Assembly: GCA_021613535.1 (NCBI GenBank)
Contig: CP075495.1
Coordinates: 15,376,001 to 15,440,000 of the forward strand
From: Adineta vaga
Lineage: Eukaryota; Animalia; Rotifera
DNA: 64,000 nucleotides
Direction: 5' to 3'
Shown here: in pieces, positions 1 to 12,414 of the stretch
Layout: each line of letters begins with the position of its first letter
Numbering within the stretch: the first letter of the stretch is position 1
The notes under the pieces: generated by a model
What the model was told of the DNA's origin: nothing
What the model saw: only the letters and a program-made list of their open reading frames with translations
Databases searched by the model: none
Translations under genes and position numbers: made by a program

Positions 1-1166
1 CAGTATTTGTCAGTCGCCTTTTCAGAATCCATGTTGTACTCCATGTGGTGATACATTTTGTAATACATGTATTACAGATTGGATTCAGGCATCAAATAAC
101 TCTTGTCCTCTTTGCCGATGTATTATATCGATAAATACACTTACTCAAGTTCCTCGTGCTCTACGCAATATACTAGATCAACTTCCGGTCAAATGTATTG
201 CATGTGGGCAGACTGAAATACAACGAGTGAATATTGATGAACATATTCAAAAATCTTGTCCTAAGAAAATAGTTGTATGCCTAGCAGCAGATATTACATG
301 TCCATGGATAGGACCACAAGATCAGCTTAATATACACTTATTGAATTGTCGATTTGAACCAGTTAGATCTATAATTACCGAACTTATGGAAAAAAATCAC
401 CATTCAGAAGAACAAAGACATGAATACATGACTCAAATAGTTGAACAAGTGGATGAAATTGAATATCTCAGAGATAAAGTACATCAGCAAGGAGATGAAA
501 TAAGAAGACATGAAAATCAAATTGGACACCTTCGAGAACAAGTAGCACGGTTAAGTACGCAAGCTAATACACACGAACAAGACGAACGACAACTTCAAGC
601 AGAATTAAGAAGAAAAAACAATCAAATAGAATCTTTAACAATTGAACTACGTAAGTGAAAGGATCTGAATAACACGTGTACATATGAAACGTTATCTGTT
701 ACGCATACATTTGTTTCTCTAACTAAATATTTTCTTGAACTCACACTTTTTATTGCTTAATGACGAGATAGAGTCAGAAAGTGTCTTATTTATCTGTATC
801 CAGTAATTATGTTTCCATTAGGAGAATCACTTACAGTCTTGCTCTTTCTCTGCAGATTGATTGATTGAAATGATTGTTCATTTAGAAGAACAACAAGCCA
901 GGATTGGTACACGAATTCGAACTTTATTCGACACTTGTATTGGTACCTGTTCTCGATGCAACGATTGTACTGAAAATGTTCGTTGGCGTCATATTTACAT
1001 TTTTGTTTTTACAGCTATTGCCCTTACTTGTATTATTGCTGCTGTTATTTTTGGCGTTCGTCATCAAAATACTACTGACATTTATCGAGCTGTTTCTCTT
1101 TTCTTTGGTGCTATTTTTTGTACTGCTGCTGCTTTGACTATATATTGCTTAAATCATGATACATAA
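1..1166 (+). CDS. RING finger + TRAF-type Zn finger + coiled coil + 2 C-terminal TM helices; probable membrane-anchored E3 ligase, 5' end outside the window
   Basis: Frame 2 from base 2 reads SICQSPFQNPCCTPCGDTFCNTCITDWIQASNNSCPLCR (RING) and runs into ORF 227..658. Intron GTAAGT 651 .. TTTAG 885 joins IEL to QEQQARIG in frame with ORF 861..1166, which has two hydrophobic segments. Confidence 0.8.
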
Positions 1167-1281
1167 TAAAAATATATGTCGAAAGTTACAGTTGCTTTTT
1201 TTGCCTTTCATCAATCATTATGCTTTATTACGTTCATGAATTTTAAATACAATAAATGGTCATGTCTAACTTATAAATCAA

Positions 1282-2336
1282 CTAGCGGAGTTACCCGCTG
1301 CAAAGAAGACGCAAATTCACTTTTTTCGTCTACAACAGTGCTCTTCTCGTCACGTTCCGAACCTCTCCATTGATATGCACCCGTCGCGTATCAAAATATC
1401 CGGCCACTCTCCTTTCCACTGTACCTTAGTCAGTGTAATCCTACTGGACGTCGCTTAGCGCGTATCAGGTGCCTTCGACAGGTCTTTTTTCAGAAGTTTC
1501 AACATCTTTTCTTTAGGTGTTTCTTACTGGTCTTCTCTCACTATGTATACGACACACAGCTCTGTTCCTTTTAAACCCACTCCTCGACAGATGTGCGTAT
1601 TATCAGACGTCCGCTGCAATCCATTCTCTAGTTTATAAACTCCACTTTCACTCCCTCCCGGTAGAGTAGTCACTTTGCTCGAGATTCAGTTCTTTTTGAG
1701 AACCCAATACATGTCTTGCAGTTGTCCACCTTGGATACAGACAGTTTATCGCCGCTGGATCAACTCTCACCCAATCTCATTCCTCCATCACCCTTGGAGG
1801 TGAGGATCCTCCTCGAATTTCCGTAGAGTCAAGGCGAGTTCTGTGAAATATTTCGTCACGCTGGCTATCGTAGGAACAAAACATATTTCCTATAGTATGA
1901 GTTGGGCGAACTTCACTCAGTCCCTCTCCCTTGCCCCGGATGGTGATACTAAACCCACATCGAACTTCCTTGGGATCTAGGGAAGTCGTGTTTAAAGTTT
2001 GGTGGCCGTAGCTATCACAGGGACTGAATGCATAAAGAACAGACAAACCTCCTTCTCCCTATATATAGATAGATATATGAGCGGTCAGACGTCCTTCACT
2101 ATAAATTTGTTCAACCTTTCGAAATGCTGCAATCCTATTGGTCAGTTTCATAGATTGCCTGTAGGAAGCGTAGAATTCATTTTTTTCGGAACAAAGTAAA
2201 TGTCGACCTTCCCGTGAGTGTAAAGATCGTTTCTGCAAAGTTTCATCGCATTTGCTCGTACGGTCTCCAGATGCATAGCGAACAGACAAACAAACTTTCT
2301 TCTTTATATATATATAGAAGATAGATAGTAGATAGA
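1282..2336 (-). mobile_element. Non-autonomous Helitron-like element
   Basis: Minus-strand 3' end ...GCGGGTAACTCCGCTAG|T, with a GC-rich hairpin and CTAG at 1285-1282. 5' end A|TCTATCTACTATCTATCTTCTATATATATATAAAG...TTTGTTTGTCTGTT at ~2336. Higher GC than the flanks and no credible ORF. Confidence 0.65.
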
Positions 2337-2880
2337 TTTTTACCGTTGAATAATGCCATAATCCCATTACAGCCGGTATTAATCTTTTCATCCAGAAATT
2401 CTAAGTTTATACACTAGGACATTCATTTTATTATCAGTAATCGTAGATCACCCTTTCAAGTATCTTGCTGTTTGGCTGTTGATACACAGCGTAATAATAT
2501 AATAATATGTATGAAATAATCAACAAAAAGATTTTCATTAACATCTAACGTCTGTCGAAAATATTATCGATCTAGATCTTCTACCATATAAACCTATTAG
2601 ATATATATTTTTCACCATTATACATACTATCACATGATTACGAAACAAATGGTGAATACGAGTTGTGTCTATGTCAAAATCAAGAAAATTGTCTAACTCA
2701 CACAGTTTCTATCGTTTTACTGATTAAAACAAATGATTTTTCGCTGAAACGACGCCGTAGCACGTTGACATATATAGAGGTGATTGAAGAATAACACGCC
2801 TATGACATTTATTAGAAAATAAAACAAAAAATCACTAAACGCTTTGATATAACGTTATGATATGAATGTCTGAAAGATAT

Positions 2881-4848
2881 TTAGAGTAATTTGTTTCGTT
2901 CTTCTAACATTATTTGTCTAAATTGATAATAATCTGCATCAGATGTTGGATCAAAATGACCAATACTTTGTTTATCATTAGCAATAAAATCAAAATATTC
3001 ATAATGTTTTGTATCTTCTGGTCCATATGCATAACATTGAATAGTAATACAACAAGTACCAACTAAATCCACATGTTTCAATTGATGTGTTTGATTTAAA
3101 TTTGGTAATAACCATGTTACTGATCCTTGTCGGCAAATTTGTTCAATTGGTTCATATTGATGAGCATTAAGAGTCAATGTTGGATAAAGTCGAACTAAAA
3201 TTTCCCCATGAAGCACTCGAATAATTGCATAAGCATTGCTATGATTATGTATAGGACTAAAATGTCCTGGAGGCCAAATTTCAATAACATAAGTATGACC
3301 TGGTGCATTTCCTTCTCGATAACCAGCTGTTATACGTAAATATGTTGCTCTCATATTTGGTTTTCCAAATCGACTTGCTTTTTCAACTAATTTCTTATGA
3401 CACCAACCATCGGGATTTCGAATACTTGTTTCAATAACATCGGTTAAATTTGGAAATTCATCTGTATTTAATTTAAAATTAATAACATTATCATATAAAT
3501 CACGACAAGGTCCTTCTAATTTTGATGGTGGAAGATATTTATGTTTCACTTGAAAATCATATTGATCTGCTGGAATAACAAACAATGGTGGATCATATAA
3601 AATTGGTTGTTTTCCAATAAAAAAACGAAATTGTTTTTGAAAATCTTTTAAATTCGTTAACATTTGATTATCATGATTTAATTTGATATAAATATAAAAA
3701 ATATCTTTCATCAATTCATATTTTTCTTCTTCTTTCGAAAGATTAATATTAAAAACAGCAAATGATGGTCGAATTTCTCCAATACCATATTTGATATTTC
3801 GATTATTATCATAAAAACTAATCCAATAACGATGCCAATTTCCATCTTCTGGTTGAAGTGTATAAAGAGGATTTGTTGATATTTGAATTTCTTTCGAATT
3901 CACAATTAATTTAACTTGATCTTTTTCAACTGAAAGTATTATTACATAGGCATTTGGATCTTGAGGATTTTCTTTATTTGATAACCATAATTCAAATGGT
4001 ATTGATTTTTGTTGCATAATTTCGACTGTACCTTGACCTTTGACAACAAGTTGATTTGTACAACTATTAGATTTCCATGGACACCAAAATTTACTTGGTT
4101 GATCAAAATATTCAACACTACGATCGTGTATTGGTGGTGTAGTTGCATTAACAACTGTTGATGATCGAGAGGGATGTACTGTTGCAATTGGTTTTGATAA
4201 TTTCTTTGTTTCAAAAGTTAATGTTATCCATCCAATACCTGGACAATCGTCATCATTAAAACGATAATAAGCATCATCAGCTTGTTTCCAATCGCTTGAA
4301 TATCGTTTTCGTTGTCCATTTTCAAAATTTTTCATTCCATCAAATTTCCATAAACAATTATTAAAAGCACATTTATCTGGATTAACATATTTCTGACATA
4401 TAGGACAATAAGATGTCTTTTCATCAATATCTGACATACTAAACTTTTGATAACCAACAGATACAATAACTGTATGTTGATAAGCGTCACATTCCGAATT
4501 TGTACATTGACTTTCAAAACATAAACCAGGTTGAACTTTCAGCCATGATTTACCTGTTGAGGATAATTCTATTCGATTGAAATTATTATCAACATCAAGA
4601 TTAACGTATTTGAATACTAAATTAGAATCAATTAATTCCAATACCGAATTTGTTTGGATATTATAATCAGTTAATGTATTTTCATCATTAAGAACTTCTC
4701 CATCAAACAATAAACTCATTGTTTCGAATTTGATATCATTATGTTTTTGTGCCAAATGTTGTTTCATTTGTTTGATTTTAATTGAAGATTCAATATCAAT
4801 ACGATAAATTTGTTCGGGATTCTTAGATGTTTTTATTGAAATTCGCAT
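2881..4848 (-). CDS. Intronless fusion: ubiquitin-like domain + Cys-rich domain + cysteine dioxygenase-type cupin domain (655 aa)
   Basis: N-terminal UBL (MRISIKT...LLFDGEVLNDENTLTDYNIQTNSVLEL), then PGLCFESQCTNSEC...CPIC...CAFNNCLW. C-terminal IEIWPPGHFSPIHNH...VLHG...NQTHQL carries the 3-His set of CDO-type thiol dioxygenases. Confidence 0.8.
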   Translation of the reverse strand: MRISIKTSKNPEQIYRIDIESSIKIKQMKQHLAQKHNDIKFETMSLLFDGEVLNDENTLTDYNIQTNSVLELIDSNLVFKYVNLDVDNNFNRIELSSTGKSWLKVQPGLCFESQCTNSECDAYQHTVIVSVGYQKFSMSDIDEKTSYCPICQKYVNPDKCAFNNCLWKFDGMKNFENGQRKRYSSDWKQADDAYYRFNDDDCPGIGWITLTFETKKLSKPIATVHPSRSSTVVNATTPPIHDRSVEYFDQPSKFWCPWKSNSCTNQLVVKGQGTVEIMQQKSIPFELWLSNKENPQDPNAYVIILSVEKDQVKLIVNSKEIQISTNPLYTLQPEDGNWHRYWISFYDNNRNIKYGIGEIRPSFAVFNINLSKEEEKYELMKDIFYIYIKLNHDNQMLTNLKDFQKQFRFFIGKQPILYDPPLFVIPADQYDFQVKHKYLPPSKLEGPCRDLYDNVINFKLNTDEFPNLTDVIETSIRNPDGWCHKKLVEKASRFGKPNMRATYLRITAGYREGNAPGHTYVIEIWPPGHFSPIHNHSNAYAIIRVLHGEILVRLYPTLTLNAHQYEPIEQICRQGSVTWLLPNLNQTHQLKHVDLVGTCCITIQCYAYGPEDTKHYEYFDFIANDKQSIGHFDPTSDADYYQFRQIMLEERNKLL

Positions 4849-5318
4849 GGTAGTAGTTTTACTAAATTAAACAATTTTTTACTTTTTGTGATGTCAATGA
4901 AGACTCAAATATTCACACGAAGTTATTCTTATCAATGTTTGTCTTGTGAATGTTATCAGGGAAGGAAAAAACGAAAAATGCATTGAAAATTTTCAATTGT
5001 TTTCGTTTTTAGGACAACGGTTGGTCCAAAATACTCTTCATGAGAAACGGTTTTTTGACTTAAATGACATACTCTTATAATTTCACTATTTGTCAATCTT
5101 TTGATTTTGTTATTACAATTTTACGGTAACGTCTAAACTGATCATTAGTTTTCGTCGACAAAAAATCAATGGATTTTAATGATCAAATATCTCGTATCAC
5201 ATAGGTTTATTTGAACTAGTTCTTAGGATAAGGATAACTGTTGTTGAGTTGAAGAGAGGAACAAGAAAAAAAGAAGATTAGAAATACGAAAGTCTTTGAA
5301 AATAATTTTTCGAAGATT

Positions 5319-6085
5319 TTATAATTTTGAAGCAGCAGCTTTATCCAAATACCAAATCAAATCATTAACTTGACCAATTGGATATTTCGTATTTTTATCT
5401 TTTAGAACTTCTTTAACAATCGTTGATTTACTTTCACCAGTAACAACAACAATTTTATATTTCGATTGATTTATTGTATTTAATGTCAATGTAACACGTT
5501 CAGGTGGTGGTTTTGGTGAATCTTTAACAAATGTTACTAAACCTTGATTAACATTTAAAACCGAATGATCAGGAAATAGACTAGCTGTATGTCCATCTGG
5601 TCCCATTCCAAGTAAAACAATATCAAATGTCTAAAAGAAAAGAAAATTCAAATTTACTTTTTCGAAAAACAAAAGAAAAAGTTCAAATAAACTTGATCAT
5701 CTTCATCCAATATTTCGATTAATTTATTTTCATAATCTTGTGCACATAGTTCAACAGATTTTAAATCAGGATCAATTTGAATAACATTTTTTTCTGTTAT
5801 TGGTAATTTTTTAAATAATTTTGTTTGATAATTTGAATAAGTTGAATCATCCGATGTAAATGGAACAAATCTTTCATCAACAAAAAAAAATCGAATACGT
5901 GCCCATGGTAATTGTAAACGTGGAAGAATTGATACTAATAAATCAATTAATGATCCACCTGATAAACCAATTGTTATTAATTGTTTTTCATTAATTAATT
6001 TTAAAACAATTTCTTCAAGTTGATAACCAAGTTTTTCAGATAAAATTTCATTATCATCAATTATATTGACATTTGATGATGACAT
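5319..6085 (-). CDS. PGLS: 6-phosphogluconolactonase, copy 1 (exons 6085-5693, 5630-5319)
   Basis: IGLSGGSL, FFVDERFVP, FDIVLLGMGPDGHTASLFP and DSPKPPPERVTLT motifs; 62-bp GT-AG intron keeps the frame. Confidence 0.95.
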
Positions 6086-6297
6086 TCTTTTCTAAAAATC
6101 TAAAACATACTTTTTTTAGAGAATATCATAAAAATTAGATCAAGAAAATGTTTCCAATTCATTAATCTAAGAATATCGATGGATAGATCTCAGTACCTAA
6201 GTTTTATAGATAAACTCTGACTCTCATTTATTCCATTGCAACAAAATTAATCAGAATGTTTATTTTATCATAAAATAAGAAAAAAAAATCTCATTTT

Positions 6298-7323
6298 TTA
6301 ATTTTTCATATTTTCAAAAAGAATCGATCTTAATTTTTGATAACAATCTAATCTTAATTTTGCATAATTAATATAATCAAAATCCAATAATGAAACATGT
6401 GATTGAACTAACGCCCAAAGTCCCCACATTAAATGTGAAAGTGCAGAAAATTGATCAATTAAATGACATAATTTATCATCAATAATTTGTTTTTCTATTC
6501 CACGTGTTTGAAAATAGACTTTTAACCAACGTTTTTGTTCGTCACATGTTGGATATAAACTAAAATCAGCATCATCAACACCAGCATATTCTACAAAATG
6601 ATTTGCAATATCAAATAAAGCATAATTAATATGTGTATATTCAAAATCAATAAAAGATATTTCATCATTTTTTTTATCATAAATAATATTTTTAACTAAT
6701 AAATCATTATGACAAAGAACAAGATCTTTATTTAATTGTGGATTTGGTATTAATTGAGGAAGAATTATTGTTTCAATTATATCAATATCAGATATCAGTT
6801 GAGAAATATCTTTTATATGATTTTCTTCAATTAAATTAATAAATTTTCGTATTAATGTAATAACAAATGGTTTTTCATTTTGTTCTTTTAAAGGAATATT
6901 ATGAAATTGTGCTAATTTAATTGCAATTAATTTAGAAATGTTTTCTTCTCGTACATTTTCTCTTGAACATGCTTGACCAGGTGCAAATTCATAAATAAGT
7001 CCATTATGAAATTGAATTAAAACACGTTGAGATAAAACTTTATTTTCCGATAATTGAGTCATTGCATTTAATTCAGCATGACGATCAATAAATAATTCCG
7101 TATGTTCACCAAATAATTTAATAACTAATGCATCAGATTCATCATCAAGTGTTCGAGTATTAAAAAGACCTAAGATAGAATTTGTTATACCTTCAGTAAA
7201 TGTTACTAAACGTGTATTTGAAGAATTCCAATCAGGTCGAATAACAGATATTACATTGTAAATATCATTAGAAAGATTTGTTAAAGATAATGTTATATCT
7301 TTAATAATTGGATATGAAATCAT
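6298..7323 (-). CDS. ETNK1: Ethanolamine kinase, copy 1 (intronless, 341 aa)
   Basis: FTEGITN, FGEHTELFIDR, LCHNDLLVKNIIY (Brenner motif), FIDFEY...FDIANHFVEYAG, SHLMWGLWALVQ. Confidence 0.92.
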   Translation of the reverse strand: MISYPIIKDITLSLTNLSNDIYNVISVIRPDWNSSNTRLVTFTEGITNSILGLFNTRTLDDESDALVIKLFGEHTELFIDRHAELNAMTQLSENKVLSQRVLIQFHNGLIYEFAPGQACSRENVREENISKLIAIKLAQFHNIPLKEQNEKPFVITLIRKFINLIEENHIKDISQLISDIDIIETIILPQLIPNPQLNKDLVLCHNDLLVKNIIYDKKNDEISFIDFEYTHINYALFDIANHFVEYAGVDDADFSLYPTCDEQKRWLKVYFQTRGIEKQIIDDKLCHLIDQFSALSHLMWGLWALVQSHVSLLDFDYINYAKLRLDCYQKLRSILFENMKN

Positions 7324-7606
7324 CTTGAAAAGAAATGAATGAATGAATGAATAACGAATTACGTTTTAATCATTGATATGCTTCATAGATTTCTTCTCTT
7401 TCTTTATTCTCCTTGACTTGATATTTATATGTTTATGAAGCATAGAACAAAGGACTTAAAAGATAGGTAGGAATCTTTTACATACTTTAATCTCGACGTT
7501 ATTGTATAACAATAAATACGAGATTCTGATGTCACGAATAAATAATAAAACAAAACCCTATTCTTATGATATTAACAAAGATAATATCTTAGTTTATTTT
7601 GAAATG

Positions 7607-8455
7607 TTATTTAACAGCAAGAACAAAAATTCTTATTGGAAGAAGTTCACGAACAACTTGTTTTAATTTTGATCGTTGATCTTTAATAACAGTAAAACCA
7701 GCTCGATGAGCAATATCATAAAATTGTTCACCAGTACGAACATAATATTGATCATCAGGATCAAATTCTGGTTCGTGACCATTTGCAACAGAATTATCTT
7801 TTATCACAATTAAACCATCCTTTTTTAATGTTAATTTTAATTTTCTTAAAAGTTTAACAAGATCATCACCATCTAAATAACCTAAAACCCCTGAAAAAAA
7901 AACAAGGCAAAAGAATTTTATCATTTCGAAAATATCAAATTGAAATTTTACATTGTGCCCAAATCATATCATATTTCGGAAAATTTTCTAATTGAAGATC
8001 ACCAATTGAACCAACAAATGCTTTACCAATTTTATCATTTTCTCCATTTTCATCAAATAAAGTTCGTGTTTGTTGACAATAATCATCTAATAAATCATTA
8101 ATATCAATATGATCAAAATAACGAGATAAGAGAGATTTTGTTACACGACCAATTCCACAACCTAATTCAAGACAATATGATGTTTCTAATTTTCCATTTG
8201 ATTGCTAAAAAAAACAATAGAAATAAAGGAATGTTATTTGTGTCGATAAAGACAAACTTTAATTAATGTTTGAATTAATTGATTGGATTCTTGAATATCT
8301 GGATCATGAACTTGTGTATATCCACCTAACATTGTATCAAAAGTGTTTGGTTTTGATGAATAATAATCTCGTGTTATTGTTTGTCTCTCTTAAACATTAT
8401 TACGTTCACCTTATACATGGTAAGGTATTTTTGAAGTTCTCTTCTTTTTCGACAT
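7607..8455 (-). pseudogene. NTMT1: NTMT1/METTL11-family alpha-N-methyltransferase, copy 1, with two in-frame stops in exon 1
   Basis: From ATG 8455 it reads MSKKKRTSKIPYHV*GERNNV*ERQTITRDYY (TAA at 8413-8411 and 8392-8390). The rest, including both introns, is near-identical to copy 3. Confidence 0.8.
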
Positions 8456-8549
8456 GTTTTCAAGAGAGAGAGAGACAATAAACTATTAAATTAAATATGG
8501 ATAAAAATATCAACTGTTTATTTTTTTATATTCAATGGAAGCTTTTCAA

Positions 8550-8588
8550 CCAATAAGATAAAACTAAATATATGTTGTGAGAGGGCAC
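8550..8588 (-). promoter_or_regulatory. Conserved CCAAT box plus GAGGGCAC-like motif upstream of the methyltransferase
   Basis: AACCAATA is kept 80-95 bp upstream of the ATG in all three copies (CCAAT at 8550, 21670, 35887), followed by gagggcac / gagggcac / gagaggac in otherwise diverged DNA. Confidence 0.45.
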
Positions 8589-10657
8589 ACGTGTTTTGAA
8601 AAGGAAGGAAAAATAAAAATGAATGAAATTAATAGGCTTAAATTCCTGAAGTTAAAACTCAAATTAAGTCTATCGAATAATAAATTCAATGACACACTTT
8701 CACTGCGAGTTATAATGGAAAGAATGAAAAATTGTTCAACTTCAATATCAAAAGTTGAAACTTACGTAATTGAGATATAGTTCACAAATAAGATGAAAAT
8801 TAGATTTACAAAATGAGCGAATTCAATGATTGAAATTTCAAAATAAATAAAGAATTCTATTAACTCAGAAATAGACAAATAAAATAGATTAATTCAGTTG
8901 CTAATTGATTGAATTCATTGATTTCCACGTCGAGTGGTAAGCATACAGTGTTTTCAATGGAAATTCGTTTATAATGTGAAAAGATAATTTATATTGCTAT
9001 TATTCGCTTCAGATAACTGAAAGTGTGTTCATTTTGAAAATCCATTTGACAGACTTTTTGTTTGAAATAATTCTAGATATGAAAATTTCTCTCTGTCAAA
9101 CATATCCAACTTTTAAGAGAAAAGAAAATTTAATTATGATAATGTACGATTAATTATTAAAATATTTTCGAATTATTTTAAATCCTATTGACAGAAATGT
9201 TCTTATCTTATCTTAAAAATTGTCAATATTTTTTGCATATAGAGAATACATACGGTGAGACTGAGAGCGAAACCAAATCCACTTGTACTAAATTGACATC
9301 GTTGTTCATAAGAACATGATGGGAAAAGACGTCGTTTGTCCAGGACTTGAAGATATACCTGGAAAAAGTTGTCAACCATTTTCACATGCACTTTGACCGA
9401 AAGAATTAAATGTCATACTATGATTGAATTCCAAAGAATTTGTCAATATTTACTTGTTCTTGAAGATAACAAAAACATAAATGAATATTATCAGAAAAAT
9501 ATGAAAGATTCAAATGAAAATCTCGATAAATTATTCGATAATATTAAATTCCACGGATAGACATGAATTCGCACATCGTTTTATTGAACAATTCATTGAT
9601 ATGAAGACATCGATTCCGTAGAATGTCATTTTATTTCTTTCGTGAGAAACATGTTTTAAAATACTTTTCTAAAGTATAAATTGTACTTTTCAACTTAGAT
9701 ACATTGTTTTATGATGTATTATTGTCAAGATTGGAAGTTAGACATACAAAATAGTAAAAAGTTTTCTTTTCCAGCACAACGATGCTCCTTTAAGCTTGAA
9801 ATTCCAGCAGAAAAGGTTCGTTTGTGTCAAAAAATTTTGAAATGCAGAGAATTTTATGGAAAGCTAGACTGTCTCTGGATCTTTTAGATATGATATGACT
9901 TTTTTGGCCAACATTGCCTTTTAACCGAAAAGTTTTCGTGTGAGATATCTCCCATACCGAGTCGATCTTTTCCCTTCTAGATTAGCTTACTTTGGCGTTT
10001 CAATTCTGGCCTCACTGGTTCCAAGTAGAACTCGAATAGCTTTGTCGACTCCAATCATAAAATTATTTTTCTCTCTCATCCTCCCCCTTAGCTCATCCAA
10101 TACCCCAAACTGTAGATTTTTTTATACAAACGCTCACCAATGACAATTCCAGAAGAACTAACATGAGCTTTACTGTGACTTACGTTGTTTACAATTCGAT
10201 CGTGATTTTCAAACATGTTTTGTTTCTTAAGAATGTAGACGAGGGTGTCTATTCGACATCAAGCCTTCATCCTCGTCCACATCTACACCCTGAAGCACTT
10301 GTGGCTTATGAACAGGAACATGAAAGTGCGAATAGGCAATCCATAGAAAGTCGTTTAAAAATTATTAAAGATGGTGATGAGATTGTTAACAGCGTAAGTT
10401 TGCGTTTTCATTCCAGTAAAAATAAGATGAATAAGAAAAAAATAATTCTATATCTTCGTAAAGATTGAATTTAATTAGCGATACGATTTCTTGAGCTCCT
10501 TGGATTTCGTGACAATTGATATTGTTTCAATTGCTGAGTATCTTGTTATAGTTGTTAAATAGATTTTGAATTCAGAATTCTTCAGAGATTTGTGATTTAG
10601 GGAATCCAGACAGTGTTGGTCTTTATTATTTAATGATCGATTAACAGCATATTTTAT

Positions 10658-12414
10658 TTACAACAATGAAGGAAAATAACAATAATAGTCTTTCGAATGT
10701 ACGAGTGCCATTCGACAGAAATTAATATATTTCAATTGGGCACAATTCGAACGCGTTGTATTTCTTGTGAAATCTTTTGTTACATGTGCCAATTGCTGAT
10801 ATGAAATACAAATCTTGTTCAAACAAGGAAGTCGTGTGCTTGATTCACATAGAAATTGTTCCACATAGTCAACGTGAACTCTGAAATATTCAAGTTCAAC
10901 AAGATGAGAAAAGTGAATTATTGAAGATTTATCTTCATGTTTTTGTTGTTGTTCTTCTTGTTTGTTATTATTAGAAATCTTCAAACGACGAAGTAATGGA
11001 AATGAAGTGGAAATCATAGCAAAGAATTTATGTTCGAATGGATGATCCAAGTCTCTCATACACAAAACACCAACATTATTGAACATACCACCAGGAAAAT
11101 TATGTCTAATATGAGATATACGTTGCATATAAAATGGAAGTGAATAAACATGACATCGCCCAAAATTAAAAACATCATAATCAATATAACAATCAACATG
11201 ATATCCTCTTTCTACAAATGTCTGTCGAATATCATGAGATGTTGGTTTCGGTTCGAATTCATCAAATCTAATATTTTCAGTAATAATATTGAAATGAAAT
11301 TTTTGTAAATTCGGTAATTGGCTGACAAGATAATTATCCAAATAACTTCCATCAATGAAGGAATTTCTTCCACCAAAACGAATAGATAAACTAAGCTGTT
11401 CTAGATATGTCATTCGATGAAGAAACGGCAAAATAACACTATCAAATACATTTGTTATCGTATATACATGTAAAGAAAAAGATTTCAGTTGACATGGAAT
11501 GACCTGCCAGAAGAAAAAATAGAAAATTCATTTTAAAGAAATTTAACTCGTTATTTATTCTATCTAATAATTATTTACCATCTTATTCATGAGTGCCAAT
11601 GAACGACGTATCATCTTTTGCGAATTTCGTCTGATTAATTGTGGATCAATAACATAATCAAGATTCACAATTAATGTTTGTAATTGACTAAGACGACCAT
11701 CAAGTAAATAGAGACAATCATTAATGTTATGCATTTTAATACGTAAATGAACAATACTCGATGAACTACATATTGTCAATGGTAAACCAGTCAATAATGA
11801 TTGAGAAAAAAAAGAATTATTATCAACATCTAAATCCAGGTATTTAAGATTTGTACCTAATATAAAAATACGATTGTATATATAAGTTATTAACTTCACA
11901 TGTAATTCACTCCGAATCTCCTCATTAATCATCAAGACAAGATCAGAGATTTGTTGTAAAACATAAATGTATGTAGATTTCTCTAAACAAATAGATATGT
12001 TTTAATTGGTTCGGTATAATAAATGAATTACATACCATTGAATATCTGATAAGTCATACGAAGTTTGAAATTATTAATAACAAGTTTTCGTAAATTAGGA
12101 TAATTGGTAGCATGAAGAACTCGTGGTAAGATACTTGCTTGAAGAATAAGACACTCCACTTTATCAAATATTCGAGGTAATATATCGATACAAAACCGAT
12201 CGAATATTGTATTACTTCTTGAATCCGTCATTTGATATGGTTCAATTGATATAAGATCGATAAGTCGAGTGAAATCATTATCACATACTACTCGATCAAG
12301 TTTTTTATTAATACCAACCAATGAATATAAAACACTGAGATTGTTGAGTTTCTTCAAGATGTGAAGTAAAATTTCATCAGGCAAATCAATAATGTTCACA
12401 TTTGACTGATTCAT
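10658..12414 (-). CDS. F-box protein with LRR-like C-terminal region (exons 12414-12036, 11982-11579, 11503-10658; ~542 aa)
   Basis: IIDLPDEILLHILKKL...VLYSLVGINKKLDRVV F-box; two GT-AG introns join the three ORFs in frame. Confidence 0.88.

Noticed and set aside
1777-2391. ORFs 1777..2046, 1999..2199 and 2059..2391
   Set aside because: They lie inside the Helitron-like element, cross simple repeats and show no protein motifs.
6086-6297. Trans-splice junction in cassette copy 1
   Set aside because: An acceptor is present, but the gap is 212 bp and contains possible donors (AG|GTACTG near 6197), so an ordinary 5' UTR intron cannot be excluded; not claimed.
8266-8481. Plus-strand ORFs MFELIDWILEY (also 35607..35906 and 21090..21401)
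   Set aside because: Antisense shadows of methyltransferase exons; they recur only because the cassette is duplicated.
9200-10470. Short ORFs 9369..9560, 9940..10143 and 10163..10468
   Set aside because: No motifs or consistent splice chain; probably TE or gene debris.
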